Positions 14,773 to 23,957 of a stretch of DNA of 32,000 nucleotides are shown here, piece by piece. The position numbers were made by a program, and so were the translations under genes. Origin of the DNA: Bdellovibrio sp. GT3 (GTDB taxonomy: Bacteria > Bdellovibrionota > Bdellovibrionia > Bdellovibrionales > Bdellovibrionaceae); the NCBI RefSeq assembly GCF_037996765.1, contig NZ_JBBNAD010000005.1:1-32000 (forward strand). Reading direction: 5' to 3'. Position 1 is the stretch's first letter. The number at the start of each line of letters is the position of its first letter. The notes under the pieces were generated by a model that worked only from the letters and a program-made list of their open reading frames with translations, made no database searches and was not told the origin of the DNA.

Positions 14773-15855
14773 TTATTTCGAAATAAATGGTGTTTTAACA
14801 ACAACCGCTTTCACTTTACGGCCGCGGATATCCAGAAGGAACTCGGTCCCTTCTTTGGCATAAGCTACATCAATAAATGCGATGCCAATTGGTTCATCCA
14901 GGCTTGGTGAGTGAGTACCACTAGTTACCTTGCCGATTTCTTTATTGTCAAAAGAAAACAGGCTGTATCCCTGACGGGGAATGCCCTTCTCAAGCATCTT
15001 AAATCCCACAAGATTTTGCTTCAATCCGGCCTCTTTGACCCCAACGATTTGCGCCTTGTTCATAAAGTCTTTTTTAGCTGGTTTAATCACCCAACCAAGA
15101 CCCGCTTCATAAGGATTCGTCGTGTCATCAATCTCATGACCATAAAGGGAATACTTCATCTCGGTGCGCAGAGTATCGCGAGCGCCCAACCCGATCGGAG
15201 CCACTCCCAAGTCTTTCCCTTGCGCCAAAAGCTCGTTCCAAAGCGCCGGCGTTCCCGCAGCGTCCACGAACACTTCGCAGCCCTTCTCCCCTGTGTAACC
15301 AGTGGTAGCGACCATAATATTGTGGTTTTGGAATTTGCCGGATTTCACAGTGAAAGGCTTCATTTCGCTGACTTTGAAACCAAAGACGCGGTCACAAAGT
15401 TCCAAAGCTTTCGGGCCTTGAATCGCGATCTGACCCCACTTATCGGATTCGTCCGTCATATCAGAACCCTTGTTGTGTTTCGTCATCCACGCAAAGTCTT
15501 TGTCTTTGTTAGAGGCATTCACACAAACCAGGTAGTCAGAGTTTTTGGAAAGGCAATAAACGATAATATCGTCGACCAGGCCGCCTTGATCATTAGGAAG
15601 AAGGGAATACTGAGCTTCGCCATCATTCAAACGAGCCACATCATTCGTCGTCAACCACTCCAAAGTTTCAAGGGCTTTAGGCCCTTTCACACGGACTTCG
15701 CCCATGTGAGAAACGTCAAACAAGCCCACGTTCTTGCGAACATTGTCGTGCTCTTCACGAAGACCTACATATTGAACAGGCATGTACCAGCCGGCAAAGT
15801 CGACCATGCGGGCACCCAAAGAAACGTGTGTATCAGCTAATGGAGTTTTTTTCAT
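14773..15855 (-). CDS. gcvT: glycine cleavage system aminomethyltransferase T
   Basis: The protein resembles GcvT along its full length (MVDFAGWYMPVQY, GLFDVSHMGE, TGYTGEKG). It lies immediately upstream of gcvH. Confidence 0.93.
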   Translation of the reverse strand: MKKTPLADTHVSLGARMVDFAGWYMPVQYVGLREEHDNVRKNVGLFDVSHMGEVRVKGPKALETLEWLTTNDVARLNDGEAQYSLLPNDQGGLVDDIIVYCLSKNSDYLVCVNASNKDKDFAWMTKHNKGSDMTDESDKWGQIAIQGPKALELCDRVFGFKVSEMKPFTVKSGKFQNHNIMVATTGYTGEKGCEVFVDAAGTPALWNELLAQGKDLGVAPIGLGARDTLRTEMKYSLYGHEIDDTTNPYEAGLGWVIKPAKKDFMNKAQIVGVKEAGLKQNLVGFKMLEKGIPRQGYSLFSFDNKEIGKVTSGTHSPSLDEPIGIAFIDVAYAKEGTEFLLDIRGRKVKAVVVKTPFISK

Positions 15856-15942
15856 GGCCGTGAGTCTCCGATTTACCTAAGTAACAGTCAAGGAAGGCCA
15901 CGATTGCAACGCCGCCGCAGCTTTAGTAAGAACTCTTGAATC

Positions 15943-16449
15943 ATGTTTAAACTTTCCGATCGCATGCAAGCCGTCTATGACCATTTGATTCCAGGGGAAC
16001 CCGTCTGGGACTTTTGCTGCGATCATGGCTATCTGGGACTCAGTGCGTATCGCAGCGGAAGATTTCCCGAAGTGCACTTTGTTGACCAAGTGCCACATAT
16101 CGTCTCCGCCTTGAAAGAACGCTTCGAACAAAAGCACCAAAAGTACGAGCAGGATCAGCGGGCCTTCTTTTGGGCTCAAAGCGGAGAGTCCTTAACACAC
16201 AAAGTCAGCGGCACCGTTGTTATCATCGGAGTGGGGACACATACCATCGCCGACATCATGCGCGGAATTCACGAGAAAAATTCATCATTTATCAAACGGT
16301 ACATCATTAGCACACACAACTATGAAGAGAAATTGGATGCGTTTTTTGATGATTTTGAACCCTTCAAATCATCGTTCCAATTCACCAAATTCTGTAATGT
16401 TCCAGAAAATGGAAGAGTTCGTAAACTATTGATATTCGATAAAATTTAA
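15943..16449 (+). CDS. class I SAM-dependent methyltransferase, TrmK (tRNA m1A22)-like
   Basis: The N-terminus, LSDRMQAVYDHLIPGEPVWDFCCDHGYLGL, resembles the TrmK family motif (L-S-x-R-L ... D-x-G-x-D-H-x-Y-L). It is shorter than a typical TrmK. Confidence 0.55.
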   Translation: MFKLSDRMQAVYDHLIPGEPVWDFCCDHGYLGLSAYRSGRFPEVHFVDQVPHIVSALKERFEQKHQKYEQDQRAFFWAQSGESLTHKVSGTVVIIGVGTHTIADIMRGIHEKNSSFIKRYIISTHNYEEKLDAFFDDFEPFKSSFQFTKFCNVPENGRVRKLLIFDKI

Positions 16450-16544
16450 AAAACCTAACGCACCCCGCATGGCTCTATTAAATTAGTGTAAGACTGTGAA
16501 CAAAATATTGATTATTCGGTCCCCTGCAAATAGACACTTCGGTC

Positions 16545-17027
16545 ATGCAAGAACAAATCAAAAACTCAGATTTCCGTCAATTCCTTGAAGAAGAGCTCGC
16601 TCGTCGCAGCCAAAACTATCCACGTTATTCTTTGCGTGCATTCGCAAGACACCTGGAAGTGGACTCATCTTTCCTTTCAAAAATCCTGAACGGCAAACGC
16701 ACTGTAACTATGAGAACTATTCGTATGTTTGGTGAGCGTTTGAATTTGCCAGGTGAGCAGCTTCAACAATTCGCTGAAGTAAGCCGCGAAAAGAAAATGA
16801 AACGTAAACTTGAGCGCTTGCTTGAGAAAATGCCTAGCGAAGACCGCGAGCAATCAACAATCACTATCACTGTTGATGAAACGCGTTTGGATGAGGCTAA
16901 GGAAAAAATCAAATCATTCCGCAAGGACCTTGCGCAATGGTTGGATGCTGGCGTGACTCAACAGGGTAAGACTTATCAGATCTCTGTTTCCATGTTCCCG
17001 GTTTCCGGTTTTGGTCTTAACGACTAA
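16545..17027 (+). CDS. HTH-containing hypothetical protein (TIGR02147-like N-terminus)
   Basis: FRQFLEEELARRSQNYPRYSLRAFARHLEVDSSFLSKILNGKR resembles that family's HTH region. Confidence 0.5.
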   Translation: MQEQIKNSDFRQFLEEELARRSQNYPRYSLRAFARHLEVDSSFLSKILNGKRTVTMRTIRMFGERLNLPGEQLQQFAEVSREKKMKRKLERLLEKMPSEDREQSTITITVDETRLDEAKEKIKSFRKDLAQWLDAGVTQQGKTYQISVSMFPVSGFGLND

Positions 17028-17050
17028 TCTTGCATAAGTAGTTTGAAATT

Positions 17051-17087
17051 AAAAAGCCGAGTGTAACAGCACTCGGCTTTTTTTATT
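17051..17087. terminator. bidirectional rho-independent terminator
   Basis: AAAAAGCCGAGTG-TAACAG-CACTCGGCTTTTTTT forms a 9-bp stem flanked by A5 and T7. It lies between convergent genes. Confidence 0.85.
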
Positions 17088-17104
17088 TCTGCGAATCTTA
17101 AAAG

Positions 17105-17515
17105 CTATTCTTTCTTTTCCGTCGCAATCGGCTTGCAAACAATAGATCCAAAATTTGAAATCAATTTATAACCAGTCGGGCAATCCCCGTCGACAGGTTC
17201 AACGGTCGCAAGTTTTCTATTTTTGATTTTGTCGTAGGTATTGTAGGGTTCACAGCTGGAAAACTCTGTCGCCGAAGGATTGATCGTCCTCATGATCATC
17301 ACACAGGCCATATACGTCTTTCGTTCATCGGAAGCACTGGCCAGATCATTACGGAAGGAATGACTGTCCTCCGCCACCATGGAACCGAAGCTGATCATAA
17401 AGTACATACAACTGGCCACTGCGCCCCAGAAAACCAGGTTCAGAAAGTACGCGCGGTAGACCTTCAATTGCGCAAGCTCTCGTTCTAAGTTGAATTTATA
17501 GCGAGACGGTTCCAT
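17105..17515 (-). CDS. hypothetical membrane-anchored protein
   Basis: There is one hydrophobic span (FLNLVFWGAVASCMYFMISF) and several Cys in the C-terminal part. Confidence 0.5.
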   Translation of the reverse strand: MEPSRYKFNLERELAQLKVYRAYFLNLVFWGAVASCMYFMISFGSMVAEDSHSFRNDLASASDERKTYMACVMIMRTINPSATEFSSCEPYNTYDKIKNRKLATVEPVDGDCPTGYKLISNFGSIVCKPIATEKKE

Positions 17516-17547
17516 ACCGATTTATTATACCCACTTCAAATTTGAAT

Positions 17548-17571
17548 AAAAAGCGGCCCCTTTGGGACCGC
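17548..17571 (-). terminator. rho-independent terminator downstream of 17620..18261
   Basis: On the minus strand the sequence reads GCGGTCCCAAAGGGGCCGC followed by TTTTTATT. Confidence 0.6.
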
Positions 17572-17619
17572 TTACCGTGTCTCTAAATGATATTTTCTTT
17601 ATAGCCCTAATGCAAGAGA

Positions 17620-18261
17620 CTAGGCCGCTTTAAGACCTGCTTTAGAGGCTTCTTTGCATTGATTCAGCATCTGTTCATAGTAACTCAGCGTCTGCTTCAG
17701 ATTCTGCAACACGACCGTCTGGTGATGTTCCGGCAAAGTCGCAATCTTGGACAGAGCTTCGTCGGTGTGACCCACGTCCTCTTCGGCGTGCACGCGAATG
17801 AAATGCGCAGCTTTAGGGCCCCAGGCTTTCTCGACCCTTTTATTGATGTGCTCGCCAAAATAGGCGGCCAAGGCTTCAAGCCCCAGAATATATCCAAAGA
17901 ACGCCATCGGTGATTGATGTTCAATGTAATAGTACTGCGTTTGATAAAGCGCGCAGGCGCCAGGCATCTCCGGCCACTCTTCCATTTTACTGCCGAGGGT
18001 CTTTAGATCGTTAACCAACAATTTGTCGTGACCTTTTTCCTCCCCACTATGCGCCAGGAACCGATTGTGAAATTCGGGCGCCGCAAACTCGGTGCGGGCG
18101 CTGGCCAACGCCAACAAACGCGTCGTATGACGGGCAAAATAATAGGTTTGGGATACCCAGGCCGAGTAAGCCTGCTTGTCTTCCCACGGGAAAGATTCAA
18201 TTTGTTTTTGCGAGTCTTTAAGAAGGGTTTTAAGTTCGTCGTTTACGTTCTTGTGCTTCAT
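17620..18261 (-). CDS. heme-oxygenase-like fold, iron-containing redox enzyme family protein
   Basis: The protein looks all-helical, with metal-ligand-like motifs GEEKGHDKL and VHAEEDVGH. The likely start is ATG 18261 (MKHKNVND). The ORF track extends to 18378, which would overlap the upstream gene. Confidence 0.5.
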   Translation of the reverse strand: MKHKNVNDELKTLLKDSQKQIESFPWEDKQAYSAWVSQTYYFARHTTRLLALASARTEFAAPEFHNRFLAHSGEEKGHDKLLVNDLKTLGSKMEEWPEMPGACALYQTQYYYIEHQSPMAFFGYILGLEALAAYFGEHINKRVEKAWGPKAAHFIRVHAEEDVGHTDEALSKIATLPEHHQTVVLQNLKQTLSYYEQMLNQCKEASKAGLKAA

Positions 18262-18302
18262 TTGCTTCTCTTTTCTGGTTTTTAGAAAATGATTAAATTG
18301 AA

Positions 18303-18986
18303 TTACGCTGCTTTTTTGGTTGGAACCGTGATCAGGGACTCGTTCAGAATATCGGTATGATTGGCCTTGGCATCCCACAACACATCAACCAAATCCGCAT
18401 GTTTCGAATCCGGCAATCGCTGCACGCGACCTCTTTGCGTCATCACGATTTCACATTCGTAGTTCATCTTCTTCACGCTGCCAAAATAGTTCGTGCCGCT
18501 TTTTTCAGCTTTACGACGAACATGCAGGTCCTTGCGGGCTGTGCCGACCAAGCCATCCCACCCCCCGGCTTCCATCACTTTGCTACCCAAGGCGATTATT
18601 ATTTCCGCCCAATTCACGTCACTGTTGCGCGAACGATAATCGGGAGACACCGTTAGATATTCCATACTCATAATCGTATTGATGCCCAGGGATTTGAATT
18701 TCTGAATGATGATGTCATCAAAGGCCGCCATATAGTGATGATCTCTTAAAGCGTTTGAACGCAGATCAAATACACTGTACATATGAAATCCAAAGACCTT
18801 ATTATTATCGGTCACTGCGACGATCACGTCACATCGATGAAAATCATCCGGATTTAACGGTTCACCGACACTTCCCAAAACATCTTTGTAAACTTTTTTC
18901 CACAAATCATAGACATCGTTGCTAAGTTGTACCGTGTCTGCGCTCAGCGCCCGTGGATTGAATAAATGATACTGAAATCGCCCCAT
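18303..18986 (-). CDS. GNAT-fold acyltransferase, N-acyl amino acid synthase / autoinducer-synthase-like
   Basis: The call rests on general pattern resemblance only (DVIVAV...GFHMYSVFDL...MEYLTVSPDYR). The family assignment is tentative. Confidence 0.4.
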   Translation of the reverse strand: MGRFQYHLFNPRALSADTVQLSNDVYDLWKKVYKDVLGSVGEPLNPDDFHRCDVIVAVTDNNKVFGFHMYSVFDLRSNALRDHHYMAAFDDIIIQKFKSLGINTIMSMEYLTVSPDYRSRNSDVNWAEIIIALGSKVMEAGGWDGLVGTARKDLHVRRKAEKSGTNYFGSVKKMNYECEIVMTQRGRVQRLPDSKHADLVDVLWDAKANHTDILNESLITVPTKKAA

Positions 18987-19330
18987 GCATATTCCTCCGC
19001 GATGATCTTTCGGAACGTGCTTGCGCGAACTTGAAGGTTGATTTTTTAGTATTGAAATCGAACGTGCAAATTCTGGAATTACTAGAGAGGAACTCTACAA
19101 ATCCTTATTTGATACGTAAATAAACGGTTTTTGGATTATTTCAATTCGAGACTCCAACATTTGTAATTAGAGTCGAACGCTGATTTCAGCGACTTCAAAA
19201 TTCAAAATTTCCGGAATCGTGTGAAGATATCTTCAAACGTTTTAATGGAACACAAACTTCGACTAGACTTGTTAGTATTTTCTAACTTTCTGAGTTGCTT
19301 AAACACACTGAGGGTTGTTATTCAATTTGT

Positions 19331-20836
19331 ATGAGCACAAATACAAATCAAACCGAAGTCTTATTGGAAGAGAATAATCAAACAGAAATGTCGCCAACAA
19401 AGAAGAAGTCGACATTTGAAAAGAAAGCTCTGTTGGTCCTATCAGCTGTTTTCGTGGCAGTTCTGATTGGCGCATGGGGCTACGCAATGCGCGTGCAGCA
19501 AGGAGTTGCAGCCAATGGCATCACAACACATGCCGATCCAGCAGCCTTGATCGAAATCGAACGCATGCGTGGGATCGCTTCGTCGCAACTCGACAACAGC
19601 CGCGCCTATTTTCTTTTAGGTTCCCAAAATATTTACGATAAACAAAAGAATGAAAAAGAATCCCTGCTGACGGCACTGACGTCCTTCGAAAAACAACACA
19701 GCCTTCCGGGCATTCCAGCAATTGTAAAACGAATCCAGGATATTCAGGTTAAGAATCAAGAGTACTTTGACCAAGCCATCGAACACCGTGACAAGAAAAC
19801 GGAGTCACGCATCGTCGGCCAATTCTTTCAGTCGAAATCCACTCCCCTTCGTTCCCAGCTCAACGAAGCCTTTGATGATATGATTCACCTGCATCAGGTT
19901 CAAATCGACAAAGCACAGGAAGAAATCCGCACCGCTGCTGCACAAGCAGAAATCCAGATTCCTTTTGGCATGACCTGGCTTTCAGGCTCCTTGATTTTCA
20001 TTTTCCTGGGCATGGCGTTCCTGGTTGTTCGCTTGCTTAGCAAACAGTCTTTTCAACTGGCACAGCAAAACCGTCTTTATGAAGAGGCGAAAAAAGCAGT
20101 TCAGGATCGCGATGAAGCGCTGTTCGCCATTTCCCACGATCTTCAGGACTCTTTGAATATGATCTCGTCAACCGCGGATCGTATGGCTTCCACTCCGCAG
20201 GGATTGGATATCGTTGAAAGCGGCGAGCTTATGAAAAGCACCGTGATCAATATCGAAGGTTTGATCAAGGATATCCGTGATCAAAAGAACACCGAAATGC
20301 ACGGCCTGACGTTGCGCATGGATCAGTTGTCCGTCGATAACGTTCTGGATAGTGCCCGCATGCAAATGCAAGCCATGGCCAAACAACACGATGTGCGTCT
20401 TCAGATTGACAGTGTCAACCCTCCCGTCCTGGCATTCTACGACAATGAACGCGTGCTTCGTGTCCTTGCGAACCTGATCGGAAACGCTATCAAATTCAGC
20501 CCTAAAGGTGAAAAAGTGGTGGTGAAAGTTCGCAGTGACCAGAAGTACGTTAATATTTCTGTGATCGACAGTGGACCTGGCATTCCGTCGCATCAATTGG
20601 CCGGTGTCTTTGATAACTTCTGGCAAGCCAAAAAGACCGCCGACAAGGGCGCTGGCATTGGACTGGCCATTGTGAAAACAATTGTGGAAGCACACGGTGG
20701 AACCGTTCAGATCCAAAGCCAAACCGGGCGCGGAACCACAGTGACCTTCTCACTTCCACGTCGCAGACCAGTGGGTGCATCTTTGAAAAAGCCCAACGTC
20801 ATCGTAAAAAGCAACCACGCACCAGAGTGGCAATAA
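19331..20836 (+). CDS. membrane sensor histidine kinase
   Basis: There are two TM segments, an H-box FAISHDLQDSL, an N-box LANLIGNAIKF and G-boxes DSGPGI and GAGIGLAIVKTIVEAHGG. The likely start is ATG 19331. Confidence 0.9.
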   Translation: MSTNTNQTEVLLEENNQTEMSPTKKKSTFEKKALLVLSAVFVAVLIGAWGYAMRVQQGVAANGITTHADPAALIEIERMRGIASSQLDNSRAYFLLGSQNIYDKQKNEKESLLTALTSFEKQHSLPGIPAIVKRIQDIQVKNQEYFDQAIEHRDKKTESRIVGQFFQSKSTPLRSQLNEAFDDMIHLHQVQIDKAQEEIRTAAAQAEIQIPFGMTWLSGSLIFIFLGMAFLVVRLLSKQSFQLAQQNRLYEEAKKAVQDRDEALFAISHDLQDSLNMISSTADRMASTPQGLDIVESGELMKSTVINIEGLIKDIRDQKNTEMHGLTLRMDQLSVDNVLDSARMQMQAMAKQHDVRLQIDSVNPPVLAFYDNERVLRVLANLIGNAIKFSPKGEKVVVKVRSDQKYVNISVIDSGPGIPSHQLAGVFDNFWQAKKTADKGAGIGLAIVKTIVEAHGGTVQIQSQTGRGTTVTFSLPRRRPVGASLKKPNVIVKSNHAPEWQ

Positions 20837-20841
20837 AAAAA

Positions 20842-20865
20842 GGGAGCCTTGAGCTCCCTTTTTTT
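20842..20865 (+). terminator. rho-independent terminator after the histidine kinase gene
   Basis: GGGAGC-CTTGA-GCTCCC is followed by T7. Confidence 0.8.
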
Positions 20866-20920
20866 GACTTCAATAAGCGGCTGGATAAAGATCAAATCTT
20901 CACGAAGAAGGTTTGCAAAC

Positions 20921-21358
20921 ATGAAGGCCGTTGTACAAAGAGTCCTTTCCGCTTCCGTCACCGTCGATGGAAAAATCATTTCCTCCATCGGTCCGGGATT
21001 TCTGACACTTCTGGGAGTTGCCAAAGGCGACACCGAAGTACAATTGCAAAAACTCATTTCTAAAATTGCCGACCTCCGAGTTTTCCCCGATGCCGATGGC
21101 AAAATGAATCTTTCTCTGAAGGATGTGAAGGGAGAACATCTTTTGGTTTCGCAATTCACACTTTTAGGTGACACATCGAAAGGCAAACGTCCCAGCTTCA
21201 TCAACGCTGAATCACCGGCACTGGCAGAGCCCCTTTATCAAAAAGCCCTGGAACTCAGTCAATCTGCCGGAATTCCAACACAAGGCGGAATATTTGGGGC
21301 TGATATGAAAATCGCCTTGCTCAACGACGGTCCCGTAACCTTGCTCCTTGAAGTTTAA
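20921..21358 (+). CDS. dtd: D-aminoacyl-tRNA deacylase
   Basis: MKAVVQRV..., [17 protein letters not shown] and [10 protein letters not shown] are present. The length is a typical 145 aa. Confidence 0.92.
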   Translation: MKAVVQRVLSASVTVDGKIISSIGPGFLTLLGVAKGDTEVQLQKLISKIADLRVFPDADGKMNLSLKDVKGEHLLVSQFTLLGDTSKGKRPSFINAESPALAEPLYQKALELSQSAGIPTQGGIFGADMKIALLNDGPVTLLLEV

Positions 21359-21423
21359 CGTTTCACAGGCTACATTCGGTCACACCCATGGCACGTTGCT
21401 GCCAAACGATGTAAGGACACACA

Positions 21424-21552
21424 ATGGAATTGGATCCAAAAACAGAACCCGAATCAAAGCAAATGTATGTTTTGCTCGGAACCATTGCTGCTATTCTTTT
21501 GGGATTTCTGACTCTGGCCATCCTTATCTATATCTATTGGGTTTTACCGTAA
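21424..21552 (+). CDS. 42-aa hypothetical single-pass membrane micro-protein
   Basis: The ORF was found by eye: MELDPKTEPESKQMYVLLGTIAAILLGFLTLAILIYIYWVLP. AAGGA lies about 6 nt upstream. It is below the ORF-track cut-off. Confidence 0.3.
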   Translation: MELDPKTEPESKQMYVLLGTIAAILLGFLTLAILIYIYWVLP

Positions 21553-21619
21553 ATAAGCTCGACCAACGGCCAGCTCCGATACATACAGCTCCCTGCCTTA
21601 AATTCCGATAATAATCTGT

Positions 21620-22753
21620 ATGAAAAAATCAGGATTAGTTTTATCTGGGGGTGGGGCGCGTGGTGCATATCAAGCAGGTGTCTTGCTTGCGATCTATGAA
21701 ATTGCCCAATCCTCGGGAGTTCCGCTTAAATTCGATTTTCTCTCTGGCGTAAGTGCCGGAGCGATCAATGCAAGTTCGTTGGCCAGCAATGCCCACGACT
21801 ATAAATACGCCACAGATTCTTTGGCTCGCTTGTGGAGTGAAGTCCATTTTGATCAGGTCTTTTCCACCGACTCCCTGACCATGGGAAAAATTGGCATCCA
21901 GTGGCTAAAAGAAATATCTTTGGGTGGAATCGCCGGTACAACACCAGGCCGAGGACTTTTGGACACCACGCCCCTGCGTGGACTTATCAGTCGCAACATG
22001 AACTACGACCAGGTCCGTGAAAATATTGAAGTCGGTCATATTGATGCTCTTTGCATCACCTCCATTGACTACGCAAAATCCGCAACGACATCTTTCGTGC
22101 AAAGTAAAAATGAAATTTCCTCCTGGGATAAAGGGCGTAAACGCAGTGAGCTTAGTGAAATCAACACTGAGCACATCATGGCGTCCTCGGCAATTCCGTT
22201 GCTGTTTCCACCAATCAAAGTGAATGAAAGATTTTTCGGTGATGGTGCTGTTCGTAATCATGCACCCTGCAGTCCGGTGATTTATCTGGGTGCAGAAAAA
22301 CTTATGGTGGTCGGAGTCCGTTTACAAAGTTCCACCGCCTATGATTTGCATGCCGAAAATTCCGAAACCGCACCAAGCCTTGCCCGCGTGATCAACACGA
22401 TCCTAAATGGCGTGCTGCTGGATGCTGTCGAGCAGGATATCGAAAAACTGCGTCGCCTGAATGAATACGCCAAAGCAATCACACCCGATCAACAACGCAA
22501 AGTCGCGTTACGTCCTTTGGACTATCTTTTCATCTCGCCATCTGAAGATATCGGCGAAATGGCTGTGCAAAAGGCCGCAAAACTTCCCCGTATCATTCGC
22601 TATTTGATGAAAGGTTTGGGAAGCATGCAGGATGCCAGCGAAATCATCAGTTATCTGATGTTTGATCCGACATTCTGCTCGGATCTGATAGAAATAGGTC
22701 GCAAAGACGGTTATGCTCAAAAGGAAGAAATTATTAAATTCCTTTTGAAATAG
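21620..22753 (+). CDS. patatin-like phospholipase
   Basis: The motifs present are GLVLSGGGARGAYQAG (oxyanion), GVSAGA (GxSxG) and FGDGAVRN (catalytic Asp). Confidence 0.9.
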   Translation: MKKSGLVLSGGGARGAYQAGVLLAIYEIAQSSGVPLKFDFLSGVSAGAINASSLASNAHDYKYATDSLARLWSEVHFDQVFSTDSLTMGKIGIQWLKEISLGGIAGTTPGRGLLDTTPLRGLISRNMNYDQVRENIEVGHIDALCITSIDYAKSATTSFVQSKNEISSWDKGRKRSELSEINTEHIMASSAIPLLFPPIKVNERFFGDGAVRNHAPCSPVIYLGAEKLMVVGVRLQSSTAYDLHAENSETAPSLARVINTILNGVLLDAVEQDIEKLRRLNEYAKAITPDQQRKVALRPLDYLFISPSEDIGEMAVQKAAKLPRIIRYLMKGLGSMQDASEIISYLMFDPTFCSDLIEIGRKDGYAQKEEIIKFLLK

Positions 22754-22758
22754 GCGTC

Positions 22759-23634
22759 ATGGGCAATAAAGCTGATTCAATCAAACGACGACACCCTTTG
22801 GAATCACTGGGTGTTAAAATGGTTCGACGCGGAGACATCCGCATTGAACGTTTGAAAGACAGAATCACTCCGAAGGTTGCTTTTCCTCACAAGCATGATT
22901 TCTATCAAATCGTGGTCGTGCACAGATCCACGGGCTGGCACGAGATCGACTTCACCACCTACCCCGTCAAAGGATCTCAGGTTTTTCTGATTAAGCCTGG
23001 CCAGATGCATGGCTGGAAGCTTGCAAAAAACAGCAAGGGCTTTGTCATTGAATACACCGAAGAGTCCTTTGGAAAAAATCTGTTGGGGAATCTGCGTTTG
23101 TCCCAGCACAGCCGACTGGTTCCGGATCACTTCAAGATTCCCACAGGCAATGATATATTCTCTGAAAAGTTTTTGGCGATGATGGAAAGTGAATTCCTTA
23201 ATCAGGGAGACAACTACGAACTGTCATTGCAAAGCTATTTAAGTCTGGTTTTGCTGGAAGCCTTGCGGGTCACCAAAGCCGCTGACCGCCAATTGGGCGA
23301 AAATAACGACGTGGTAACACAGTTCACCGATCTGGTGGAAGAGCACTTTCAGGACGAGCATCTGGTGGAATTCTATGCGGCTCAATTGAAAGTAACTGCA
23401 AAGTCACTCTCCGCAAAAGTTCAAAAGGAACTGGACGTTTCGGCCAAGGAATACATTTTAAATCGCTGCCTGCTGGAAGCGAAACGAATGCTATCATATT
23501 CCGACTTGAGTATTGCGGAAATCGGCTACGCCCTTGGTTTCGATGACCCCAACTATTTCAGTCGTTTTTTAAAGAAGAATATGAAAGTAAGCGCCGGCAA
23601 GTTTCGCAAAACCGGCAAGCCCAGCCAGACTTAA
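22759..23634 (+). CDS. AraC-family transcriptional regulator
   Basis: There is an N-terminal cupin-like domain and a C-terminal AraC HTH (LSIAEIGYALGFDDPNYFSRFLKK). Confidence 0.88.
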   Translation: MGNKADSIKRRHPLESLGVKMVRRGDIRIERLKDRITPKVAFPHKHDFYQIVVVHRSTGWHEIDFTTYPVKGSQVFLIKPGQMHGWKLAKNSKGFVIEYTEESFGKNLLGNLRLSQHSRLVPDHFKIPTGNDIFSEKFLAMMESEFLNQGDNYELSLQSYLSLVLLEALRVTKAADRQLGENNDVVTQFTDLVEEHFQDEHLVEFYAAQLKVTAKSLSAKVQKELDVSAKEYILNRCLLEAKRMLSYSDLSIAEIGYALGFDDPNYFSRFLKKNMKVSAGKFRKTGKPSQT

Positions 23635-23816
23635 AACTTGTCCGTGAAGTGCTCTGGTGCGTTTTGCCCTTCGCCATGGCTGCGTTCGGTGTCCAAGGCC
23701 ACCTTACCTGTGATCCCCACCCATTCCGGGAAAAAGAAGGCCAGGACGGCATAGGCTAGAAAACTGAAAATCGAAATTATGATCGCGCCACCCACGACCC
23801 ACATTGTGCTGTCCAT
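23631..23816 (-). CDS. 61-aa hypothetical membrane protein
   Basis: GGGAG precedes ATG 23816. There is one TM span (WVVGGAIIISIFSFLAYAVLAFFF). Confidence 0.45.
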   Translation of the reverse strand: MDSTMWVVGGAIIISIFSFLAYAVLAFFFPEWVGITGKVALDTERSHGEGQNAPEHFTDKF

Positions 23817-23957
23817 ATTGGCTCCCTTCTGAATGTCATTATGTCCGAATTCCCGGTTTTTGACCATGGAGCAATTGCCCACGGACTAGCACAAATTTCC
23901 CATTTGAATCACCTTGGGGATGGGTTTACAATTTTGCTTTAACAAGGAAGTTAACAA

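Noticed and set aside
14911-15840. 309-aa ORF on the plus strand
   Set aside because: It lies entirely antisense to gcvT, whose product is unmistakable. The translated sequence is Arg/His/Phe-rich, as expected for an antisense frame of a real gene.
15856-15942. Expected glycine riboswitch upstream of gcvT
   Set aside because: Only 87 nt separate gcvT from the divergent methyltransferase gene. I could not find the conserved glycine-aptamer core (ACCGAAGG-type motifs) on the minus strand.
20707-21204. 165-aa minus-strand ORF and other ORFs overlapping dtd (20827..21063, 20900..21154)
   Set aside because: They are antisense or out of frame relative to dtd, which is clearly recognisable. None has an SD.
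21348-21611. 87-aa plus-strand ORF between dtd and the patatin gene
   Set aside because: It has no SD and an odd composition. A shorter 42-aa membrane ORF in another frame (21424..21552) is a slightly better, still weak, candidate.
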